From NCBI GenBank assembly GCA_964242575.1, contig CAXTCN010000012.1, forward strand, positions 3,204 to 67,203: a DNA stretch of 64,000 nt, written 5' to 3'. Each line of letters opens with the position of its first letter. Position 1 is the first letter of the stretch. Positions 34,384 through 42,822 of the stretch are shown here, piece by piece. This DNA is from an uncultured Acetobacteraceae bacterium (lineage in GTDB: Bacteria > Pseudomonadota > Alphaproteobacteria > Acetobacterales > Acetobacteraceae). The translations under genes were made by a program, and so were the position numbers. Under the pieces are notes generated by a model, which was given only the letters and a program-made list of their open reading frames with translations, ran no database searches and was not told where the DNA came from.

Positions 34384-35766
34384 ATGTTCCAAACCATCTG
34401 CGACACGATACCGCGCGACCCGGACGCCTCCGCCCGAGCGCGCCGGCTGGAACTGATGGGGCAGGTGCTGGACGGCACCCTGTATGACGCCCTGCCGCAC
34501 GAGTTCCATGAGGAACGCTCGGCGTCCGGCGAGTACATCCCGCTGCGGCGCAGGCGCCCGTCGGTGCGGTACGCCCTGGCGCGCGTGGTGGTGGAGGACA
34601 GCGTGGCGCTGCTGTTCAGCGCCGGGCACTTCCCGGTGGTCGCCAGCGATAACGAGGCGGTGCGGGACGCCCTGTTGGCGCTGGGGCGGGAGTGCCGGTT
34701 GAACCGGGTGATGACCGACGCGGCCATCCGCGGCAGCGTCGGCTCGGTCGCCATCCTGATGCGCGTGCTGCAAGGCCGGGTGTTCCTGGACGTGCTGGAC
34801 ACGGCCTGGCTGGTCCCGGCGTGGGAGCCGGACGCGCCGGACGTGCTGGCGCGCGTGGTGGAGCGCTACAAGGTGCCGGGCGCCGAACTCGCGGCGGCGG
34901 GCTACGCCGTTGCGGACCCGGCCGCCGCGTACTGGTTCCAGCGGGAATGGGACACCGAGCACGAAACCTGGTTCCATCCGCACGCCGTGGGCGCGTCGGA
35001 TGCGCCGCAGCGGGACCGGGGGCGCAGCGTGCGGCACGGCCTGGGGTTCGTGCCGGTGGCGTGGATACGCAACCTGCCCGGCGGCATCGCCCCCGACGGC
35101 GCATGCACGTTCCGCGCGGCGGTCGAGACCGGGATCGAGATCGACTACCAGCTCAGCCAAGCCGGGCGGGGCCTCAAGTACTCGAGCGACCCTACGCTGC
35201 TCATCAAGGAACCCGCCGGCATCGAGGGCGAGCTGGTGCGCGGCGCGGGCAACGCCCTGGTGGTGGGGGAAAAGGGCGACGCGCGCCTGCTGGAGATCGG
35301 CGGCACAGCCGCTGCGGCGGTGCTGGACTACGTGCGGACGCTGCGGGAGCTGGCGCTGGAGGGCGTGCACGGCAACCGCGCGGACGCGAGCCGGCTGACC
35401 GCGCAGTCCGGCCGGGCGATGGAGATGATGAACCAGGGCCTGGTGTGGCTCGCGGACCAACTGCGCGTCAGTTACGGCGAGGGGCTGCTGCAACTGTGCC
35501 GGATGATGCTGCGGGCCGGCGCGCGCTATCCGCTGCGGGTGGGCGGCGCGCTGGTCGGGCCGCTGGATGCCGAGGCCGGGCTGAGCCTGGTGTGGCCGCC
35601 CTGGTACCCCGCCACCAGCGAGGACCGGGCGCGGGACGCGGGCACGGTCATTGCACTGGTGGAGGCCGGGCGCATGAGCGAGGCGACGGCGCTGCGATTG
35701 TTGGCGGCGGACTGGGGTTTCGACCCGGCTGCCGAGGCTAAACGCTTGGAAGGGAACGCGAAATGA
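34384..35766 (+). CDS. Putative portal protein
   Basis: 460 aa, the first large morphogenesis-size ORF after terminase, with a 4-nt overlap with the scaffold-like gene. Assigned by position and size only. Confidence 0.55.
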   Translation: MFQTICDTIPRDPDASARARRLELMGQVLDGTLYDALPHEFHEERSASGEYIPLRRRRPSVRYALARVVVEDSVALLFSAGHFPVVASDNEAVRDALLALGRECRLNRVMTDAAIRGSVGSVAILMRVLQGRVFLDVLDTAWLVPAWEPDAPDVLARVVERYKVPGAELAAAGYAVADPAAAYWFQREWDTEHETWFHPHAVGASDAPQRDRGRSVRHGLGFVPVAWIRNLPGGIAPDGACTFRAAVETGIEIDYQLSQAGRGLKYSSDPTLLIKEPAGIEGELVRGAGNALVVGEKGDARLLEIGGTAAAAVLDYVRTLRELALEGVHGNRADASRLTAQSGRAMEMMNQGLVWLADQLRVSYGEGLLQLCRMMLRAGARYPLRVGGALVGPLDAEAGLSLVWPPWYPATSEDRARDAGTVIALVEAGRMSEATALRLLAADWGFDPAAEAKRLEGNAK

Positions 35767-36128
35767 GCAACGAGAACGAGATTGAAGTCGAAGCCGAGGT
35801 GCCGGCGGAGGTGCTGGCGTTGCGTGCGCGCCTGGTGCAGGCCGAGTTGCGCACGGAGGCGGTGCGGGCGGGCATCGTGGACCTGGACGGGGTGAAGCTG
35901 CTGGACGCGACCGGGCTGTCGTTGAACGCGGCCGGGGAGCTGGAGGGCGGGCCTGCGTTGATCGCCGGGCTGCGGGCCTCGAAGCCGTGGCTGTTCGGCC
36001 GCAGCAGCAGCAGCGCGTCGGTGGCGCCGCGGGCCACGCCGCCCAAGCCGCGCCTGGCGACGGAGATGAGCCTGGAGGAGTGGCGGGCCGCGCGGGCGGA
36101 GTTGTTGCGCCGGGGCCGCGTCATCTAA
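35763..36128 (+). CDS. Putative scaffolding protein
   Basis: Acidic N-terminus, coiled-coil LALRARLVQAELRTEAVRAG, basic C-terminus. Sits between portal and capsid. Confidence 0.5.
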   Translation: MSNENEIEVEAEVPAEVLALRARLVQAELRTEAVRAGIVDLDGVKLLDATGLSLNAAGELEGGPALIAGLRASKPWLFGRSSSSASVAPRATPPKPRLATEMSLEEWRAARAELLRRGRVI

Positions 36129-36184
36129 ACCATTCCTTAACCTTCCGGGCGCATCCTGACACCAGGAAGCAGCGGTCTGCGGTT

Positions 36185-37921
36185 ATGGACGGTGGGATGG
36201 CAACAAAGGTCGGGCAGCGTCTGGAGGCGTGGGACAAGGCGGCGGACTTGCAGGCGCAAGTGCGCCTGCGGGACCGCGCGCTGGACAAGCTGCGCCAGGG
36301 CCTGTGCGTGTTCGACGGGCAACGGCGGCTGCTGCTGTTCAACAAGCGTTACGCGGAGATGTACAGCCTGCGGCCGGAGGACCTGTGGGTCGGCATGACG
36401 CTCACGCAGGTCACGGATTTGCGGGACGCGGCGGGCACCGGGCCAGACATGCTGATGGAGGAGTACTTGGCCTGGCGGAACCGCATCCAGGTCACGGTTG
36501 GCATGACCGAGACCGTCGTCACGCTGCGCAACGGCGACGTGCACGAAATCCATCATGAGCCGACGCCGGACGGCGGCTGGGTGGCGACGTTCGACGACAT
36601 CACCGAGCGGCGCCGGAGCGAGCGGCGCATCCAGCACATGGCGCACCACGACGCGCTGACTGGCTTGCCGAACCGGGCGCTGTTCGCGGAGCGGCTGGCC
36701 CGCATGGTGGAGCGTCTGGGCCGGGCCGACCCGCTGGTGGCGGTGCTGTGCCTGGACCTCGACCGGTTCAAGGAGGTGAACGACATGCTCGGGCACCCGG
36801 CCGGGGACCTGCTGCTGCGGCAGGTGTCGGAGCGGATGCGCCACGAGGTGCGGCAGGCGGACACGCTGGCGCGGCTGGGCGGGGACGAGTTCGCGGTGAT
36901 ATTGCACGCGCTGACGGCGCCCGCGGAGGCCGCCAAGTTCGCGGACCGCATCATCGCCGCGCTGTCGGCGCCGTTCGACCTTGAGGTGCAAACGGTGACG
37001 ATCGGCGTCAGCATCGGCATCGCGCTGTGTTCCGGCGGCGAGCGGCGGCTGGACCCGGACCACGTGCTGCGCTGCGCGGACACGGCGCTGTACCGGGCCA
37101 AGGCGGAGGGGCGGAACGGCTACCGGTTCTTCCAGCCCGGCATGGACCGGCGGCTGCAACAGCGCCGCTCCGTGGAACGCGACCTGCGGCAGGCGCTGGC
37201 GACGGGCCAGTTCACGCTGCACTACCAGCCGCAATTCGACCTCGTGACCCGGCGCATGACCGGCGTCGAGGCGCTGCTGCGCTGGCCGCACCCGGAGCGC
37301 GGCATGGTCCCGCCGACTGAGTTCATCCCGGTGTGCGAGGAAACCGGGCTGATCGTGCCGGTGGGCGCGTGGGCGCTGCGGACCGCGTGCGCGCAGGCGG
37401 CGCAGTGGCCCGGCATCAGGCTCGCGGTGAACCTGTCGCCGGTGCAGGTGCGCGGCAACGGGTTGGTGGACCTGGTGGCGGAGGTGCTGCGGGACACCGG
37501 CCTGGCGCCGGGCCTGCTGGACCTGGAAATCACCGAGGGCCTGCTATTGCAGGACACGGAGCAGGTGCTGGAGACGCTGCGTGGGATCCGCGCGCTGGGC
37601 GTGGGGATCGTGCTGGACGATTTCGGGACGGGGTATTCGAGCCTCAGCTACTTGCGGCGGTTCCCGTTCGACAAGCTGAAGATCGACCGCGGGTTCGTGG
37701 CGAACGTCACGGACGACGTGGGCGACGCGGCCATCGTGCAGGCGGTGGCGACGCTGGGCCGCGCGCTCGGGATGCGGGTGAACGCGGAGGGGATCGAGAC
37801 GCCGGGGCAGCTTGCGCGCTTGCAGGCGCTGGGGTGCGACGAGGGCCAGGGCTACTTGCTGGGCCGGCCGGCGGCGGCGGCGGATTTGGATGTGACGGAG
37901 CGCCTGGGTTTGCTGGGGTAG
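36185..37921 (+). CDS. PAS-GGDEF-EAL protein (diguanylate cyclase/phosphodiesterase), cargo
   Basis: RQADTLARLGGDEFAV carries the I-site RxxD plus GGDEF. EAL domain motifs are EALLRW, NLSPVQ, EITE, DDFGTGYSSLSYL, KIDRGFV, AEGIE and QGYLLGRP. ATG 36185; the upstream part of track ORF 35987 overlaps the scaffold gene and is discarded. Confidence 0.9.
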   Translation: MDGGMATKVGQRLEAWDKAADLQAQVRLRDRALDKLRQGLCVFDGQRRLLLFNKRYAEMYSLRPEDLWVGMTLTQVTDLRDAAGTGPDMLMEEYLAWRNRIQVTVGMTETVVTLRNGDVHEIHHEPTPDGGWVATFDDITERRRSERRIQHMAHHDALTGLPNRALFAERLARMVERLGRADPLVAVLCLDLDRFKEVNDMLGHPAGDLLLRQVSERMRHEVRQADTLARLGGDEFAVILHALTAPAEAAKFADRIIAALSAPFDLEVQTVTIGVSIGIALCSGGERRLDPDHVLRCADTALYRAKAEGRNGYRFFQPGMDRRLQQRRSVERDLRQALATGQFTLHYQPQFDLVTRRMTGVEALLRWPHPERGMVPPTEFIPVCEETGLIVPVGAWALRTACAQAAQWPGIRLAVNLSPVQVRGNGLVDLVAEVLRDTGLAPGLLDLEITEGLLLQDTEQVLETLRGIRALGVGIVLDDFGTGYSSLSYLRRFPFDKLKIDRGFVANVTDDVGDAAIVQAVATLGRALGMRVNAEGIETPGQLARLQALGCDEGQGYLLGRPAAAADLDVTERLGLLG

Positions 37922-37985
37922 GGCGTGTTGCGGACCTGGCGTGCGGTTGTGATTGCTTGAGCGGCGAACGGTCGCCTATCGACCC
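37817..37985 (+). repeat. Direct repeat copy A (3' end of EAL gene plus 64 bp downstream)
   Basis: Aligns with 38557..38722 over its full length with one 3-bp indel. Confidence 0.85.
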
Positions 37986-38045
37986 ACCGCGGATGTCCCG
38001 CGCTTTGGATTGCACACCTGCACGGATCGTGTTCAGCTTTGCAGC

Positions 38046-38471
38046 ATGTTCCGAGAAGCGGCGTGCCAGTGCGGACAGCTCGTGATCCGCTGCAGCGGCG
38101 AGCCGGCCGGTGTGTCGCTTTGCCACTGCTTCGATTGCCAGCGCCGAACGGGCTCGGCCTTCGGCATCGGAGCCTTCTTCGCCAGGGAACAGGTCACGGT
38201 CTCGAAGGGGTCGTCGAACCGGTTTAGGCGAGGGTCTGACAGCGGCTCGGAAATCACGGCCCACTTCTGCGGAGCCTGTGGATCGACGGTGTGGTGGGAG
38301 CCTGAGCGTTTCCCGTCAATGGTGGGCGTCGCGGTCGGCGCGTTCGCGGACCCGGACTTTCCCACGCCGGTGCAAGCCACCTGGGACAAGCGACGGCACC
38401 GGTGGCTGCAGCTTCCAGATGAGGTCGTCAGCCACCCGCAAAGCACTGTGCGGGTGGCGCCGCGCGAATGA
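38046..38471 (+). CDS. GFA-family (glutathione-dependent formaldehyde-activating/CENP-V-like) zinc protein
   Basis: CQCGQ...CHCFDCQRRTGSAF...HFCGACGSTVWWE cysteine pattern. Confidence 0.8.
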   Translation: MFREAACQCGQLVIRCSGEPAGVSLCHCFDCQRRTGSAFGIGAFFAREQVTVSKGSSNRFRRGSDSGSEITAHFCGACGSTVWWEPERFPSMVGVAVGAFADPDFPTPVQATWDKRRHRWLQLPDEVVSHPQSTVRVAPRE

Positions 38472-38556
38472 CCGCCAGCCACCACGGGCGGCGGTTCACA
38501 TTCTAAGCGAGCACAGCCACGGGCAGGGTCCATAACGCCCTGAAAGGCCAGTTTCG

Positions 38557-38722
38557 CGCCTGCAGGCGCTGGGGTGCGACGAGGGCCAGGGCTACTTGCT
38601 GGGCCGACCGGCGGCGGCGGATTTGGACGTGACGGAGCGCCTGGGCCTGTTGGGCTAGAGGGTGTTGCGGACCTCGCCTGCGGTTGCGGCGGCTCAGGCG
38701 GCTAACGGTCGCCTATCGACCC
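38557..38722 (+). repeat. Direct repeat copy B: orphan 3' fragment of an EAL gene
   Basis: Encodes RLQALGCDEGQGYLLGRPAAADLDVTERLGLLG-stop with no upstream EAL domain. Confidence 0.85.
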
Positions 38723-38741
38723 CTAAGAAGTGCGGCTCCGA

Positions 38742-38972
38742 TCAGCGGCCCAGCTTGAGCCTGGTTTCAGCCCTCGCCAACAACTCCTCAAACAACTCGG
38801 TCGCAGTTTCTATGTTGATTTCTTCGTCTTCGTCGGCTGGTTGGTAGTGTTTGAGCTGGCTTATGACGCCTTTGCAGCGACGAATGACGCTTTGCATGTC
38901 CGTTTCCCTGCGAGCACCTTCATACAAAGACAACGCCTGCTCGACGAACAGCGAAAATCCTGGCCTCGGCAA
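38742..38972 (-). CDS. Hypothetical small protein (antisense cargo)
   Basis: 76-aa ORF in an AT-richer patch. Confidence 0.4.
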   Translation of the reverse strand: MPRPGFSLFVEQALSLYEGARRETDMQSVIRRCKGVISQLKHYQPADEDEEINIETATELFEELLARAETRLKLGR

Positions 38973-38986
38973 CCCCTACACTTGCT

Positions 38987-39175
38987 TCAAGACTTTGCTG
39001 TTTCCTTGAGTTCCAGGCCGACTGGTTTTGCGAGGAGGCGTTCAACAAACGGGTTTATCTCTGTTTCCTGACTTCCCCTTTCGCGCAGCTTCCGTGCGGC
39101 AATTCGCCGGAACGCATCCTCGCCGCTTTCGGTCATCGACTTTCGTTCGTCGAACATGAGCGACTTAAAAGACAT
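38987..39175 (-). CDS. Hypothetical small protein (antisense cargo)
   Basis: Internal ATG 39175: MSFKSLMFDERKSMTESGEDAFRRIAARKLRERG... Confidence 0.35.
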   Translation of the reverse strand: MSFKSLMFDERKSMTESGEDAFRRIAARKLRERGSQETEINPFVERLLAKPVGLELKETAKS

Positions 39176-39481
39176 CGTCACCTCCGCTGTGAACAATACT
39201 CCGAACAGCGTGGAGGTGCTACCTCGCTGGCCGGCGAGGCCTGCTTCCCCGCACAGCTTCTCCGAAGCGGACCGGCTGCTCCCCATTACAGGCGGCGGCT
39301 CATAGTCTAGGAGGGCGTCGCCGGCAGGGAAAAAATTCCTTGACCGCGCGCCCCACGAAGTCGATACCTTTTACCCATGATGGCGGCCCCCGCGATGCGG
39401 ATGGGCCGGCGTCGACCGGGACGATTAACCCGGCGTGGCCCCAGGGCTGCGCCGGGCTTCATGCGTTTGTGGGGTTTATTC

Positions 39482-40804
39482 ATGGGCATCCAAAACTTTC
39501 CGGCCATTCTCCAACCGATCATCCAACAGGGCTTCCTGGAGCGGGAGTTCCAGCAGGCCATGCACTCGCGGCTGGGGTACCGGGCCTGCGCGGACCGGCA
39601 GGAGTTCGCGGTCGGCATCGGCGAGACGCTGACCAAGACACGGGCCGGGCTGAAGGCGGCGGTGACGACGCCGATGCCGCCGGCCACCAACACCAACTTC
39701 GACAACGGCCTGACGCCGACCGGGTGGGGGGTGGAGCAGTACACGCTGACCATCAACCACTACGCCGCCACGACGGACCTTAATATGGTGACCTCGCGGG
39801 TCGGCATCCAGGGCCAGTTCCTGCAGAACGCCGCCATCAACGGCGAGCAGGCGGCGCGTTCCCTGGACGAATTGGCGCGCAACGCGTTGTTCGCGCCGTA
39901 TTTCGGCGGCAACACGCGGGTGCGGACGGCGCTCGGCACGGCCGGGCCGGTGGTGGCGGTCGATGACTTGCGCGGGTTCATGACGGCGTTCGTGAACGGG
40001 GTGCAGGGTCCGGTCGGCGGCGTCACGAGCCTCACCATCACGCTCAGCGCCGGGGTGTATCAGGTGGTCGGCACCACGGCGGACGCGACCAGCGTCAGCC
40101 TCACGCCCGGCGGCGTGTCGGGCACGCTCACGCTGTCGAGCAACGCCAGCGTGTCGGACGCGGCGCTGAATAGCCCGGTGCAGTCGTCCAACGCCAGCGT
40201 GGTGATCCGGCCCGGTGGGCGCGGCACGACGGCGGCGTTGCAGGCGGGCGACACGCTCAGCATCGGCTCCCTGTTGGACGCCGTGAGCAAGCTGCGGCTG
40301 AACGCGGTGCCGGAAATCGACGGCGCTTACAACTGCTACCTCGACCCCGTGAGCGCGCGGCAACTGTTCTCGGACGGGGATTTCCGCCAGTTGTTCCAAG
40401 GCTCCATCGGCGCGAACCAAGTGTTCCAGCAGGGAATGGTCAACGATTTCCTGGGGTTGCGCTTTGTATCCACCACGGAGGCTTACGTGCAGCCGCATCC
40501 GTCGCTCGCGGGCGTGGTGGTGCGGCGTCCGCTCGTGGTCGGCCAGGGCGCGCTCATTGAGGGCGACTTCGCCGGCATGGCCGCCAGCGACATCGCGCCG
40601 CGCGACAGCCTGGTGAGCGTGGTGGACGGGATCGCGATGGTGACGCGGGAGCCGATGGACCGGTTGCAGCAGATCATCGCGCAAAGCTGGTACTGGATCG
40701 GCGGCTTCTGCGCGCCGAGCGACACGCTGACCAACCCGAGCGTGGTGCCGACCGCGACCAACGCGGCGTTCAAGCGGGCGGTGATGATCGAGCACGTGGG
40801 GTAA
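39482..40804 (+). CDS. Putative major capsid protein
   Basis: 440 aa from ATG 39482, following the scaffold-like gene. No Cys, and a balanced composition typical of capsid proteins. Confidence 0.6.
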   Translation: MGIQNFPAILQPIIQQGFLEREFQQAMHSRLGYRACADRQEFAVGIGETLTKTRAGLKAAVTTPMPPATNTNFDNGLTPTGWGVEQYTLTINHYAATTDLNMVTSRVGIQGQFLQNAAINGEQAARSLDELARNALFAPYFGGNTRVRTALGTAGPVVAVDDLRGFMTAFVNGVQGPVGGVTSLTITLSAGVYQVVGTTADATSVSLTPGGVSGTLTLSSNASVSDAALNSPVQSSNASVVIRPGGRGTTAALQAGDTLSIGSLLDAVSKLRLNAVPEIDGAYNCYLDPVSARQLFSDGDFRQLFQGSIGANQVFQQGMVNDFLGLRFVSTTEAYVQPHPSLAGVVVRRPLVVGQGALIEGDFAGMAASDIAPRDSLVSVVDGIAMVTREPMDRLQQIIAQSWYWIGGFCAPSDTLTNPSVVPTATNAAFKRAVMIEHVG

Positions 40805-40807
40805 GTC

Positions 40808-41185
40808 ATGCTGACCGATGCCGAGCGGACGGACACGCGCCGTTACTTGGGGTATCCCGCGTACGGCTCGGAGCGCGAGGGCAACATGGGCTGGCGGTTC
40901 TATGGGACCAACGGCTCGGTCGAGTATCGTCTCGGCAACCTTAGCGCCTCGGAACAAGCGGTGCTTCGGGGTTACTTGCTGACGCTCGCAACCTTGGAGC
41001 AGGCCATTCCGGAGGCGGGCGTGGGGCTTGATACCGGGTCCGCCGCCGGGTGGGTGCGCAACCCGCAGGAAATGGCGGAGCGCGAGCGGCTGTTCGACGG
41101 CTGGCGGCGTCGGCTGTGCGCGTTCCTCGGCGTGCCCAACGGACCGGCGCTCGTGTCGCGCACCAACGTGACGTTGGTCGTGTGA
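40808..41185 (+). CDS. Phage head-associated hypothetical protein
   Basis: Tightly packed after the capsid gene. Confidence 0.5.
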   Translation: MLTDAERTDTRRYLGYPAYGSEREGNMGWRFYGTNGSVEYRLGNLSASEQAVLRGYLLTLATLEQAIPEAGVGLDTGSAAGWVRNPQEMAERERLFDGWRRRLCAFLGVPNGPALVSRTNVTLVV

Positions 41186-41195
41186 TGGGGGTGGC

Positions 41196-41831
41196 GTGAT
41201 GGACCATGCGCTGTTGCAGGACCGGCTCAGCCGGGGAATGGGCGCGGCGGCGCGGGTGTTCGGCGCGCCGTACGACCTGATGCGGCCACGCGGGACCGCC
41301 GCGCCGACCCGGACGGAGTGGCGGGTGCTAAGGCTATCGGCGGCGTTCGACGGCGGGGACCCGGGCTACCGGCGTCCGCGCGGCTATGACCGGGCGCTGC
41401 GCGGCACGTTCGACAGCGCCTATGTGGCGGTCGGCGACTACCTCGTGGGGCCGCGCGGCACGCTGTTCGTGGCGCTGCTGCCGCCGCTGCACCGGCCGCT
41501 GTGCGTGCTGACGAATGCGGTGCTGGACCTCGTGCGGCCCGGCGGCGCAATCGAGCCGGGGCTGAACCCGTACGGCGGCGTCGGGCCAGGCGGGTTCATG
41601 CCGCTGTTGCAAGGTTGGCCGGCGCAGGTGCTGGTGGGCGGCGCGGGCCGGCCCGGCAGCTTGCCCGGCGACGGCGCGCTGTCCGAGCACGCGGTGCTGC
41701 TGCCCCCGACGCCGGCGTCGATCCAGGGCGGAGACGTGCTGCGGGACCAAGCCGGACGCCGGTTCGTGGTGAACGCGGCGGAGCTGTCCGAGCCGGGCTG
41801 GCGCATTTCCGCGCGCCTCGTGGGGGTATGA
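41196..41831 (+). CDS. Phage hypothetical protein (head completion/neck region)
   Basis: Position and GC3 bias. Confidence 0.45.
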   Translation: MMDHALLQDRLSRGMGAAARVFGAPYDLMRPRGTAAPTRTEWRVLRLSAAFDGGDPGYRRPRGYDRALRGTFDSAYVAVGDYLVGPRGTLFVALLPPLHRPLCVLTNAVLDLVRPGGAIEPGLNPYGGVGPGGFMPLLQGWPAQVLVGGAGRPGSLPGDGALSEHAVLLPPTPASIQGGDVLRDQAGRRFVVNAAELSEPGWRISARLVGV

Positions 41832-42641
41832 ATGCCGGACCAATCCGACGTGGAGGACGCGCTGGCGGCGCTGGTGGCGGGCGCGCTGTATCCGGCCGGG
41901 CCGTCGCGGGCGTCCGTGGTGGGGTCCGTGGTGCGGGTGTTCCGCGGCTGGCCGGTGGCGTCGGCCTTGGCGGCGGATTTGGCGGCGGAGGTCGTGCAGG
42001 TCGCGGTCCAGCCGGTCGCAAATAGTTGGCGGGACGCGTCGCGCTACTCCAACGAGTGGCAGGTGACGCGGACGGGCGTGCCCACGATGGTGGGCGAGGT
42101 TGTGGACGAGGCCGTGCAGTTCACTGGCCAGGCGGCGGCCGGGCAGGTCGCGGGCCTGCGGGTGGACGGCCGGGCATACGCCTACCGCGTGCGGGACGGC
42201 GACGCGGCCGGGCTGGTGGCGGCGGTGCTGGCGGACCTGGTGCGGGCGGACCGTCCGGCGGTGCTGTCCGGGGCGCGCGTGGAGTTGCCCGGCGGCGTTG
42301 GCCTCGCGGCCCGCGTGGTGGCGGACGGGTTCGGCGGCCAGGAGTTAAGCCGGCAAACCATGGGCTTCCGCGTGGCCGTGTGGGCGCCGGACTTCGCAAC
42401 GCGGGACCGCGTGGCGGCCTGCATCGAGCGGGCGTTGGCCGGCACGCCGTTCCTGGACGTGCGCGGCTGGGGCTGCCGGATGCTGCCGGGCGGCGGCGCG
42501 GTGACGGACGAGGGCGCTCCGGCCGGCATGTGGCGGCGGGACGCCGTTGCAACCATTGAGTTCCCGACGGTCGCGGAGGCGGACCTGTCCTCGATGCTGT
42601 TCGGCGTGAGTGTCGTGAACGGCGTCGCTGCGCTGGCCTAA
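41832..42641 (+). CDS. Phage hypothetical protein (neck/tail terminator region)
   Basis: The ATG abuts the previous stop. Assigned by position. Confidence 0.45.
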   Translation: MPDQSDVEDALAALVAGALYPAGPSRASVVGSVVRVFRGWPVASALAADLAAEVVQVAVQPVANSWRDASRYSNEWQVTRTGVPTMVGEVVDEAVQFTGQAAAGQVAGLRVDGRAYAYRVRDGDAAGLVAAVLADLVRADRPAVLSGARVELPGGVGLAARVVADGFGGQELSRQTMGFRVAVWAPDFATRDRVAACIERALAGTPFLDVRGWGCRMLPGGGAVTDEGAPAGMWRRDAVATIEFPTVAEADLSSMLFGVSVVNGVAALA

Positions 42642-42679
42642 TGCCGGGCGGCGCGTCCCTTTACTGTAGGAAATAATTC

Positions 42680-42820
42680 ATGATGCATGTGGTCGTGGTG
42701 CGAGCGTTCGGGCCGTACCGGGTGGGCGACGTGGTGAACGACGCGGAGGCCATCGAGCGCATCCTGGCGTCCGAGCACGCCGGCCACGTCGTGCGCATCA
42801 ACCCGCCAGAGGAGATTTAA
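42680..42820 (+). CDS. 46-aa phage protein
   Basis: Below the track cutoff: MMHVVVVRAFGPYRVGDVVNDAEAIERILASEHAGHVVRINPPEEI. Fills the gap before the sheath gene. Confidence 0.4.
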   Translation: MMHVVVVRAFGPYRVGDVVNDAEAIERILASEHAGHVVRINPPEEI

Positions 42821-42822
42821 CG

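Noticed and set aside
35987-36184. N-terminal extension of the GGDEF-EAL ORF back to 35987.
   Set aside because: It overlaps the scaffold-like gene in another frame and reads as Ala/Gly/Pro noise. The PAS domain begins after the ATG at 36185.
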